Assembly (NCBI GenBank): GCA_001464255.1
Contig: LNFD01000192.1
Location: 1 to 44,615, forward strand
Origin: Actinomycetales bacterium Ga0077552
GTDB taxonomy: Bacteria > Actinomycetota > Actinomycetes > Actinomycetales > Microbacteriaceae
Direction of reading: 5' to 3'
Length of the DNA: 44,615 nucleotides
The position numbers were made by a program, and so were the translations under genes. This document shows, in pieces, positions 26,448 to 34,323 of the stretch (position 1 is its first letter; each line of letters starts with the position of its first letter). The notes beneath the pieces are model-generated. The model ran no database searches, was not told the DNA's origin, and was given only the letters and a program-made list of their open reading frames with translations.

Positions 26448-28242
26448 GATCCAACCCACGGTTCTCTTCCCGTTCTGCGGCCTGGGAGCTGGCGCGCTCG
26501 GATTCATCCGGGCATCGGTGAACGTCGCCGGTGTCGAGGCGTCCTTCCGCTCGCTCGGCGGCATCGACTTCGACGCGAACGCGTGCCGCGACTTCGAGTA
26601 CCTCACGGGTTCGCCAGCGTGGTGCACCAGCGTCGAGACGATCACTCCCGCCGACCTCCGCGCCCGGTACGGGCCCGCCGCTCCCGACGTCGTCTTCATG
26701 AGCCCGCCGTGCAAGGGCAGCTCGCGACTCCTCTCCGCAGAGAAGGCGAAGACGGCGAAGTACCAGGCCATGAATCGGCTCGCGACCGAGTGGACGCGCC
26801 GGATGCTGGAGGCGTGGCCCGAGGGGCCCGCGCTCGTCCTCCTCGAGAACGTCCCGGGCCTCCCGACGCGCGCGTCGGCGATGCTCCGCGAGCTCCGCGC
26901 GATGCTCCGCAAGGCTGGCTACGTGTTCCACGCGTCCACGCACGACTGCGGCGAGATCGGCGGGCTGGCCCAGCACCGCACTCGCTACCTGCTGGTCGCG
27001 CGTCGTCCCGACGTGTGCCCGTCGCTGCTGTACCAGCCGCCGAAGAAGCGCGTGCGCGGCGTGGGCGAGGTCCTCGCCGAGCTACCGATGCCTGCGACCG
27101 AGGCCTCGCGCGTGTGGGGCGACCTCCACACCATGCCCGCGCTGTCGTGGCGCAACTGGCTTCGACTGGCTCTGATCCCCGCCGGGGGAGACTGGCGCGA
27201 CCTTGCCGGCGTCCTCGAAGGAAGGGCGCGCCGCGAGGTGTTCCGGCGTCACGCGGTCCAGCAGTGGAGCGAGCCGATCGACGCGGTGACTGGCCCTGGC
27301 GGACACAGCGTCGAGGCCGTCGCCGACCCGCGCGGCGTGGTCATGCGCGAACGGAACTGGAACGGCGGCACCTACGGCGTGGTCCCCTTCGACGCGCCCA
27401 TCGGCGCCGTCGCGGGCGAAGCGTCGCCGTCGAACGGGCGCTACTCGGTGGCCGACCCGCGAGCTGCGGGTCTGCTCACGGGCGACAGCTGGCACCACGG
27501 CGCCCTCGGAGTGCGCCCATGGGATGGGCCAGCGGCAACGGTCACGGGAGGCGACCATCCGAGCAAGGGGCGCTTCGCGGTCGCGGACCCGCGGTACCGC
27601 ATCGACATCACCTGCGAGGAGCGGCCCGGCGCGCATGGGGTGATGGAGTGGACGGGCTCGAGCGGAGCGATTGTCGGGTCGTCGAAGGTCGACAACCGAC
27701 CGGTGTCCGTGGGCGATCCTCGCGTCGACGAGCTCCGCGTCCCCGTCGCCTACGACGCGGGCTACGGCGTGCTCCGATGGGATGAGCCCGCTCGCACGGT
27801 CGCCGGCACCGCAGCGGCGGGGACGGGCGCCTACGCGGTGGCCGATGGGCGCGACCGCACGTGGCTGCGCGACGTCCGCGTGCTCACCCTCGACGAGGCG
27901 ATGGCGCTCGACATCGACGCGCGGAAGCCGCCTCCGTTCGTCCCGGTGATCATCGCTGAGGACGGCACGTGGCACCGGCCGCTGACGCTCCTTGAGCTCG
28001 CCGCGCTTCAGGGGATCCCCGCGATGGTCGACGGCGAGCCTCTTCGGCTCACCGGGACGCGCACGCAGCGCGCCGAGCACATCGGCAACGCGGTGCCCGT
28101 CGGCGCAGGTCTCGCGATCGCCGAGCGGATGCTCGTCGCGCTCGCTGAATCGAAGCTCGGGGCGATGTCGCTCTCGAGCGGCTCGTTCTGGGTGGTGCCT
28201 TCGGTGGCCCACCGTGAGGAGGTCGTCTCGTGGAACTCGTGA
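26440..28242 (+). CDS. C5 cytosine DNA methyltransferase with repeated variable region
   Basis: Motif I FCGLG, IV SPPC, VI ENV, VIII QHRTR, X IGNAVP. Confidence 0.92.
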   Translation: MTEIQPTVLFPFCGLGAGALGFIRASVNVAGVEASFRSLGGIDFDANACRDFEYLTGSPAWCTSVETITPADLRARYGPAAPDVVFMSPPCKGSSRLLSAEKAKTAKYQAMNRLATEWTRRMLEAWPEGPALVLLENVPGLPTRASAMLRELRAMLRKAGYVFHASTHDCGEIGGLAQHRTRYLLVARRPDVCPSLLYQPPKKRVRGVGEVLAELPMPATEASRVWGDLHTMPALSWRNWLRLALIPAGGDWRDLAGVLEGRARREVFRRHAVQQWSEPIDAVTGPGGHSVEAVADPRGVVMRERNWNGGTYGVVPFDAPIGAVAGEASPSNGRYSVADPRAAGLLTGDSWHHGALGVRPWDGPAATVTGGDHPSKGRFAVADPRYRIDITCEERPGAHGVMEWTGSSGAIVGSSKVDNRPVSVGDPRVDELRVPVAYDAGYGVLRWDEPARTVAGTAAAGTGAYAVADGRDRTWLRDVRVLTLDEAMALDIDARKPPPFVPVIIAEDGTWHRPLTLLELAALQGIPAMVDGEPLRLTGTRTQRAEHIGNAVPVGAGLAIAERMLVALAESKLGAMSLSSGSFWVVPSVAHREEVVSWNS

Positions 28243-29348
28243 TCGAACAAGAAGCCCTTGCAGACGCTCTCATGCTGCCGATGCGCTGCATCTCGAAGAA
28301 GTCCCCGCTTCCCATCTGCACCAAGGTCTCCCTACGCGCAGCCGGCGGCGTGCTCACGGTCGTCGGCACCGACCTCGTCCGACGCGGAGAATCGGCGGTC
28401 AAGGACGTGGAGATCCTCTCCCCTGGAGAATGCTGCGTCGAGGCGAGCACCTTCGCGGCGGTCGCACGGAAGATGCCCAAAGGCCCGGTGACTCTGAGGG
28501 TCGAGAAGTACGCTCTGACCATCAAGGCGGGGCGGACGAAGTCGACGCTGCCGACGGTCCCGTTCGAGGACTTCCCCCGAGTCAACGAGCTCGAGCGCCC
28601 GTCGGAGGGCGCATGGTCGAGCGTAGCGGTCGAAGCGCTGCGCGACGTCCTGGCAGCGCGCTACTGCATGTCCACCGACGAAGCGCGTGCGCACATGGCC
28701 GGGATCCACCTCAGCACGTCCGCTGGGATGGTCATCGCCCAGGCGTCCGATGGGCACCGCGGAGCGCGGTTCGAGTCGGACGATCCAGATGCCAAGTTCG
28801 GCGCCTTCCTGTTGCCGCTCCTGGCGCTCCACGACGTGCTCGCGATCGTCGAGGCCGCCGCGGGACGTGTCGAGGTCTCGTGCGGCAGCGGCGTCGCCTG
28901 GTGGAGAGCCTCGACGTCGGCCGGGGCGCTGACGCTCGTCCACCAGCTCGCGGAGAACCACTTCCCCCCGCTCGACGCGATCATCGCGCAGGCGACAAGG
29001 AACGCGCCGCGGGCGACCAAAATCGACCGCGAGGCGACCGCGTCGGCGGTGGGCCGGTGCAAGATCACAACGATGGAGAAGAGCGAGGGGATCGTGCTCA
29101 CGCTCGAAGGGGATGAGCTACGGCTGCGGAGTGACAGCCCCGACCGCGGGACGACGCAGGACGCGGTCCAGGTCATCGGGACGACCGAGCCCACGACCGA
29201 GCCGATCGGTATGAGCGCGACCTACCTGCGGGAGACGCTCGACGCGCACGTCACCGACGAGGTGGACCTCAACACGGGCGACGGCCTCGCCCCCGTCATG
29301 GTGAGGTCACCCGGCCGACTGTCCCTCATCATGCCGCAGAGGGGGTAG
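28230..29348 (+). CDS. dnaN: DNA polymerase III beta-clamp-like protein
   Basis: 372 aa; LPIC, GTDL, EDFP, STDEAR..MAGI, ASDGHR, FPP, YL and terminal LIMP. Confidence 0.88.
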   Translation: MELVIEQEALADALMLPMRCISKKSPLPICTKVSLRAAGGVLTVVGTDLVRRGESAVKDVEILSPGECCVEASTFAAVARKMPKGPVTLRVEKYALTIKAGRTKSTLPTVPFEDFPRVNELERPSEGAWSSVAVEALRDVLAARYCMSTDEARAHMAGIHLSTSAGMVIAQASDGHRGARFESDDPDAKFGAFLLPLLALHDVLAIVEAAAGRVEVSCGSGVAWWRASTSAGALTLVHQLAENHFPPLDAIIAQATRNAPRATKIDREATASAVGRCKITTMEKSEGIVLTLEGDELRLRSDSPDRGTTQDAVQVIGTTEPTTEPIGMSATYLRETLDAHVTDEVDLNTGDGLAPVMVRSPGRLSLIMPQRG

Positions 29349-29350
29349 CC

Positions 29351-29842
29351 ATGGGATTCACCAGCGATGGCCGCATTCCTGAGTACGCCGACCTCGCCTC
29401 GCTGAGGCCCGAGCCGTTCGAGGTGCGTGAGACGTCCGCGGGCGCGGTCGTTGTGGACGCGCGTGGAGACCTCGTCGCCACCCTGCACGGCCACGACGCG
29501 TACACGGTCGGCCGGTCGATCGTCGGGATCTGGGGCGCTCGGATGGAAGCGAGCGAGCATCCGGACCTGCAGGAGCAGGTTGAGGACCTCGAGCACCGGG
29601 TCGACGAGCTCGACGGGATCGAGGACGAGCGGGACGCCTTCGAGCGCGAGCTCGAGGAGGCCAAGACCGACCTCGAGAACGCGCATCGGGCGATCGAGCA
29701 AGCCCGAGACGAACTCGTCTCGGGTGCCTCGAAGTCCGACCTGTTCACCAGGCTCAACTCTGCGCTCCCGTTCCGAAGGTCGTTCGCCGGCACGGAGCGA
29801 GACCTGAAGCTCAAGGGGCTGGCCGATGGAGGTGGACCGTGA
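29351..29842 (+). CDS. Coiled-coil hypothetical protein
   Basis: 163 aa with acidic heptads; coupled downstream. Confidence 0.65.
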   Translation: MGFTSDGRIPEYADLASLRPEPFEVRETSAGAVVVDARGDLVATLHGHDAYTVGRSIVGIWGARMEASEHPDLQEQVEDLEHRVDELDGIEDERDAFERELEEAKTDLENAHRAIEQARDELVSGASKSDLFTRLNSALPFRRSFAGTERDLKLKGLADGGGP

Positions 29843-30321
29843 GCGGCCGGGCGATGACGGCCGACGAACTGGCCAGCCTGCGCGCTTGGGCGATGGCAGA
29901 GCACCTCACAGACGACCCGTCCGGGGTGGACGATCCCATCGTCGCCCTCCTCGACCACATCGATGCGCTCACCGCGCGAGTAGAGGCGGCTGAGGCCGAC
30001 CTGCGCGTCTGCCGTAGCACGCGGCGGTTCGAGCTGAGGGAGTTGGGACGACTGCGACCGGAGTCGCACGGTGCCTCCCCGGCACTCGCCGAAGCCCTGG
30101 AGGCAGCCGGCGACCAGCGAACCCGCGCCGACACCGCCGAGAAGAAGCTCGAGGCGCTGGAGAGCGTGGCAGCCAATCTCAGCGATACGGCCAAGGCGCT
30201 CCGCCGAGAGGTGGAGCAAGGCATCGCGATTCGGCAGTCCACCGAGAGCAAGCTCGCCCGCGCCGACTGTCTCGAAAGCGCCTCGCGGCAGATTCTCCGC
30301 GCCGCCCGAGGTGAGCCGTGA
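29839..30321 (+). CDS. Ead/Ea22-like coiled-coil protein
   Basis: MTADELASLRA..IVALLDHIDALTARVEAAE. Confidence 0.6.
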   Translation: MSGRAMTADELASLRAWAMAEHLTDDPSGVDDPIVALLDHIDALTARVEAAEADLRVCRSTRRFELRELGRLRPESHGASPALAEALEAAGDQRTRADTAEKKLEALESVAANLSDTAKALRREVEQGIAIRQSTESKLARADCLESASRQILRAARGEP

Positions 30322-30530
30322 ACGGCAGAAAGAAGGGCATCGACGAATGCATCGGCCGCGGCTGCGGTGGGCTGCTACGCGGCGTGGGCAGTGAGGTGCA
30401 CGACGGCGAGCTGGCGTGGTGCGCATCGTGCCGGCGCCAACATACGTTCCACGTCGCCGAGGACGGCGGGCCGGTGGCCGTCACCATCGAGCGCAAGCGC
30501 AAGCCCCGCGCCGCCCGAGGTGAGCGGTGA
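30318..30530 (+). CDS. Small Zn-ribbon protein
   Basis: CIGRGC...CASC; coupled at both ends. Confidence 0.55.
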   Translation: MNGRKKGIDECIGRGCGGLLRGVGSEVHDGELAWCASCRRQHTFHVAEDGGPVAVTIERKRKPRAARGER

Positions 30531-30979
30531 GCGACACCATCGTCCTCGAGGAGCTGCTCGACGCGGCCGAGGTGGCCCGCATCCTGCGCACCACGCGCGC
30601 GGCGGTTGGGATGCTGGTCTATCGGGGCAAGCTACCCGTCGCGGGCCGGGGAGCCCGGCGCTCACCCCTCTTCACACGGGCCGACGTGGCGGCCTACGTA
30701 CAGCGAGACACCCATGGGCAAGCGCGGAAAACGACTGAAGAGGTACCCGGGAGTGCAGGCGCTCCCGGACGGGAGGTGGCTCCTCCGAGCCAAGATGCGC
30801 GACCCGAAGGCGCCAAGGGCGATCGAGCTCGAGCGCATCGTCGAAGCCCCGACCGCCAAGGAGGCGGCGAAGCTGCTGATCAAGGCGCGAGAGGAAAGGC
30901 TCGCGGAGCGTCAGCCGCGGCGCGACGTGCGAGCCTCGCTGACCGTTTCCGTCGAGCGATGGCTGGCCCTTCGCGGTGA
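30527..30979 (+). CDS. Excisionase-like HTH protein
   Basis: LLDAAEVARILRTT..LVYRGKLP..LFTRADVAAY just before the integrase; C-terminal part overlaps int. Confidence 0.75.
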   Translation: MSDTIVLEELLDAAEVARILRTTRAAVGMLVYRGKLPVAGRGARRSPLFTRADVAAYVQRDTHGQARKTTEEVPGSAGAPGREVAPPSQDARPEGAKGDRARAHRRSPDRQGGGEAADQGARGKARGASAAARRASLADRFRRAMAGPSR

Positions 30980-31892
30980 CTCCCTTCGCCACTCGACGAA
31001 GGCCACCTACCTCCAGTCGCTGGTGCAGTGGTGCGAGCGGTTGGGCGAGCGCTACCTCGACTCGATCGAGCCTCACGAGGTGGCCGAGGTCCTCTCCTCG
31101 TGGAGATCTGCAGGTCTGTCCCCCGCGACGTGCAACGGGCGCCTCCGGGTGCTGAGGACGCTCGCGAAGGAGCTGAAGGCCGGACACATCGTCGAGGGCG
31201 TCCGCGCGGTGCCGTCCGGCGTGCTTGAGGACGAGGAGGCCGAGGACGAGGGCCGCGGCCTGTCGCTCTCCGAGCTGCGCGCGTACCTCGAGCACGGCCC
31301 CGCAGCTGCGGGGCACTCGTGGCCGCTCCTGCACACCCTGGCGCTCACGGGACTGCGCTTCTCAGAGGCGTCCGCCCTCGAGTGGCGGGATATCGACCTC
31401 GACGGGCGCTTGCTCCGCGTGCGACGGGGGCAGGTGGACGGGGTGCTCGGGCACCCGAAGGCTCGGGCTTCGCGCCGGACTACAGCGCTCCCCGACGAGC
31501 TCGTCGCCGCGCTCCGCGCTCATCGGGCGCGACAGGTCAGCGGGGAGGCCGTTCGATGGGTAATCGACGAACGGAGGGAGGTCGTGTTCCCCGGCGAGCG
31601 TGCGCACCGAAGGGGCGCCTCACCGTACCGCAGCGACTCGGCCACAGGCCGCTCGAGCGTGGCGGTGTGCGACGCGGCCGGCTTCGAGCTCGCCGGGCGC
31701 CCGCGGCTCCACACGCTGAGGCACACGTTCAACAACGCCCTTCGCCGGGTGGCCCCCGAGCTCATCCGGCAGGCGATGCTCGGTCACGCCGACGCTGAGA
31801 TCGGCCAGACCTACTCCCACGCGACGCTGCTCGAGATCCGCGACGCGTCTTCAAAGGTGATCAGTCTCTTTCGGACTGGCAGCGATTCATAG
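30714..31892 (+). CDS. int: Tyrosine integrase
   Basis: TGLRFSE (R), HPK (K), HTLRH (HxxR), LGH and TY catalytic set; N-terminal arm-binding-like domain; ATG 30714. Confidence 0.95.
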   Translation: MGKRGKRLKRYPGVQALPDGRWLLRAKMRDPKAPRAIELERIVEAPTAKEAAKLLIKAREERLAERQPRRDVRASLTVSVERWLALRGDSLRHSTKATYLQSLVQWCERLGERYLDSIEPHEVAEVLSSWRSAGLSPATCNGRLRVLRTLAKELKAGHIVEGVRAVPSGVLEDEEAEDEGRGLSLSELRAYLEHGPAAAGHSWPLLHTLALTGLRFSEASALEWRDIDLDGRLLRVRRGQVDGVLGHPKARASRRTTALPDELVAALRAHRARQVSGEAVRWVIDERREVVFPGERAHRRGASPYRSDSATGRSSVAVCDAAGFELAGRPRLHTLRHTFNNALRRVAPELIRQAMLGHADAEIGQTYSHATLLEIRDASSKVISLFRTGSDS

Positions 31893-31918
31893 AGCGGCGG
31901 CGCCGCAGAGGAGAGAAC

Positions 31919-32437
31919 ATGGGAGTCGACATCGGAGCGATCAACGGGATGAAGCTGGGCACCACCAACGAAGTTGGCCGGTACCTCTACGCGGCGCCGT
32001 GCTACGAAGCGCGCCTCGCGGGTCTCGACGCCGTGCTCGGGATGCCGATGGAGAAGATCGAGGGCGGCGAGGTGCTCGTGTCTGGGGAGTACGCGGGGAC
32101 CTCGTGGCATAGCTCCTACAGCACCTACAACCGCATGCGGTCGTACCTCGCCCAGTGCGCCCACGGGCAGACGGCCGAGGAGTTCTGGCAGCGTCCCGGG
32201 TTCGAGCACGCGCAGGTGCCGTTCGGCGAACTGATCTCGTTCTCGGACTGCGAAGGATGCATCGGACCCGCAGCGTCGGCGCGGCTCGCGAAGCACTTCG
32301 CCGACCTCGAGGCGCAGGTCATGGAGCGCGCTGGCATCGTCTGCGGGGGCGAGGTCGAGCGGTTCCTGGACTTCTACTCCACCATGCGGCTGCTGTTCGA
32401 GCACGCGTCCGACCGCGGCGCGGTCTTCTTCAGCTGA
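31919..32437 (+). CDS. Conserved phage hypothetical protein
   Basis: SD GAGGAG; SYSTYNRMR..PFGELISFSDCEGCIG. Confidence 0.75.
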   Translation: MGVDIGAINGMKLGTTNEVGRYLYAAPCYEARLAGLDAVLGMPMEKIEGGEVLVSGEYAGTSWHSSYSTYNRMRSYLAQCAHGQTAEEFWQRPGFEHAQVPFGELISFSDCEGCIGPAASARLAKHFADLEAQVMERAGIVCGGEVERFLDFYSTMRLLFEHASDRGAVFFS

Positions 32438-32552
32438 ACACTCCCCCACTTTTCCCCCCACCTCGCGTGTTGCGGGTGGTGATTTGAGGTGACTCGATGA
32501 TACGGTCAGACCACGAAACCACAGGGAAAGGGCCCAGTTCTCGGAGGCGGCT

Positions 32553-32596
32553 TCCAGCTTGGGAAGCTGGCGCTCTACCAACTGAGCTAAGCCCGC
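32553..32596 (-). pseudogene. 5' half of tRNA-Gly(CCC) (att core)
   Basis: GCGGGCT-TA-GCTC-AGTTGGTA-GAGC-G-CCAGC-TTCCCAA-GCTGG-A; no T-arm or 3' acceptor strand follows. Confidence 0.9.
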
Positions 32597-32607
32597 AGAG
32601 CGGCGAA

Positions 32608-32636
32608 CTTGTAGGCGAATCGGTCGCGGCGCGCAA
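32608..32636 (-). promoter_or_regulatory. Candidate promoter for the tRNA half
   Basis: TTGCGC, 17 bp, TACAAG, then an 11-nt spacer with a GC-rich core to tRNA position 1. Confidence 0.5.
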
Positions 32637-32846
32637 GCTCGGCGGACGCGTCCCCCACTTTCTCCCCCACCTCGTGGCCCTCGTCCTCGCCGTTTGGGCT
32701 CTCCCAGCGTGCTCGAGGACCGCGCCCGAGGCGCCGGATTCCGGGGTCGTCGACGCGGGCGGAGACGGCTCGCTGCCGCCGATCCCGAGCTGGATCGAGT
32801 GCGACTACCGGCGGGCCCGTGACTTCCCCCCGACGCCGGAGTGCCC

Positions 32847-33638
32847 ATGATCGCCTACACCTCTCGCACGGGGACGGCATCGACGCTCCACGCGTTGCGG
32901 GCGGCGGGATGGCGCTTGCTCGTGAGCGCCGCGGCCGACCATCGCCATGAGGGCATGCCCTACGCGATCGACAACGGCGCGTGGGCCTACCACCAGCGCG
33001 GCGTGCCGTTCGACGAGAACCGCTTCGCTCGGCTCGTACAGAGCCACGGCGAGCGCGCCGACTGGGTCGTCTGCCCGGACAAGGTTGCCGACGCGCGAGC
33101 CACGCTCGAGATGGCCGCCGCGTGGCTCCCGCGGTTGCCGCTCTCAGTCACTCCGAAGGTCCTGATCGCTGTGCAGGACGGCATGACGCCGGCCGACTTG
33201 GAGGTCTTGGTGCGGCCCCATTCGCGGATCGGCATCTTCCTCGGCGGCAGCACCGAATGGAAGCTCGCGACCATGACCAGCTGGGGCGCATGGTGCCGCG
33301 GGCGGGGGACCTACTACCACGTCGCGCGCGTGAACACGTCGCGGAGGATGCGTCTTGCTCATGACGCGTGGGCGGATTCGGTCGATGGGACGTCGCCGAT
33401 CCAGTTCCCCACGACACTCCCGAAGCTCGATCGCGCGCGCCGCGCATCCACCCTGTTCCGAGAGGCGGACGCCGCGCCGCCGCGGAACTACGCTGCCGAC
33501 GCCGAACTCGTCGAGCGCGAGCTCGTGTCCTACCGCGACGACGACGAGGTGACGCTTGAGGCGGGCGCCCTCCGAGAGCTGATCGCTCGAATGGGAGTCA
33601 GTCAGAGGCTTGTCCACGCGTCGGAAGGGAGGTCCTGA
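32847..33638 (+). CDS. TGT/DpdA-like TIM-barrel protein
   Basis: YAIDNGAW, VCPDKV, LIAVQDG, IFLGGSTEWK, YHVARVN and ADSVDGT in transglycosylase-like order. Confidence 0.55.
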   Translation: MIAYTSRTGTASTLHALRAAGWRLLVSAAADHRHEGMPYAIDNGAWAYHQRGVPFDENRFARLVQSHGERADWVVCPDKVADARATLEMAAAWLPRLPLSVTPKVLIAVQDGMTPADLEVLVRPHSRIGIFLGGSTEWKLATMTSWGAWCRGRGTYYHVARVNTSRRMRLAHDAWADSVDGTSPIQFPTTLPKLDRARRASTLFREADAAPPRNYAADAELVERELVSYRDDDEVTLEAGALRELIARMGVSQRLVHASEGRS

Positions 33639-33997
33639 TGTGCACCGTCGATTTCGATCCGCCCGACTGGTACGTCGTCGAGCGCCCGAAGGCGCGCAAG
33701 GTCCACGAGTGCGAGGACTGCTCGCGCGGGATCCTTCGCGGCGAGGTCTACACGCAGGCCACCGGATCGTGGGATGGGAGGATCTCCCGCATGCGCCACT
33801 GCCCCGAGTGCACCGCGCTCGCCAAGGCCGTCGAGGCGGCCGACTGCTCGTGGGCATGGGGCACGCTGTCCGACGACGCGCACGCCACGCTGGAGGGACA
33901 CGAGGACGCTGACCCGGTCGCGTACGGGACGGTGGCCGGCCTGCTGTTCGCGCGACGGGAGCGGGCCCTCTGCCGCTGGGAGCGAGGTACCACGTGA
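33638..33997 (+). CDS. Zn-finger phage protein
   Basis: ARKVHECEDC..I.RGE.Y....G.WDG...HCPEC. Confidence 0.7.
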   Translation: MCTVDFDPPDWYVVERPKARKVHECEDCSRGILRGEVYTQATGSWDGRISRMRHCPECTALAKAVEAADCSWAWGTLSDDAHATLEGHEDADPVAYGTVAGLLFARRERALCRWERGTT

Positions 33998-34323
33998 ACG
34001 CGCTCATCAACGCCGATGGAGACCCGCACGAGATCGTTCTGTGGAAGCCGTCGATCTTCGGCCCGACCTACCGCGTGCCGCGCTGGGCGCTCGACCTGCA
34101 TCGGACGCTCGACCGCGAGGCGCGCATGGCGCTGGCCAGGGCCGAAGCCCTGCCGGCTGGCGTGCCTGGCTGGGCTCGCCGAGAGCGCGCGGAGCGCATC
34201 CGGTCGGCCATGGCGGTGATCGACCAGCTGAGGCGCGCGGTGCTGACGGTGGGGATGTGGACGCAGGAGGCCGCGCGCGCTTCGTCAGTCCAGGACGCCG
34301 ACGGCGTCGGAGGTGGGTCATGA
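33994..34323 (+). CDS. Hypothetical protein
   Basis: Coupled at both ends. Confidence 0.55.
   Translation: MNALINADGDPHEIVLWKPSIFGPTYRVPRWALDLHRTLDREARMALARAEALPAGVPGWARRERAERIRSAMAVIDQLRRAVLTVGMWTQEAARASSVQDADGVGGGS

Larger units (their letters stand above)
32442..32674. other. Putative attP with direct arm-type repeats
   Basis: 24-bp direct repeats (22/24 identical) at 32442 and 32651, each a tandem (T/C)CCCCCAC, flanking a tRNA fragment about 0.66 kb downstream of int. Confidence 0.8.

Noticed and set aside
32520-32596. Complete tRNA-Gly gene
   Set aside because: No TTCGA T-loop and no 3' strand complementary to GCGGGCT.
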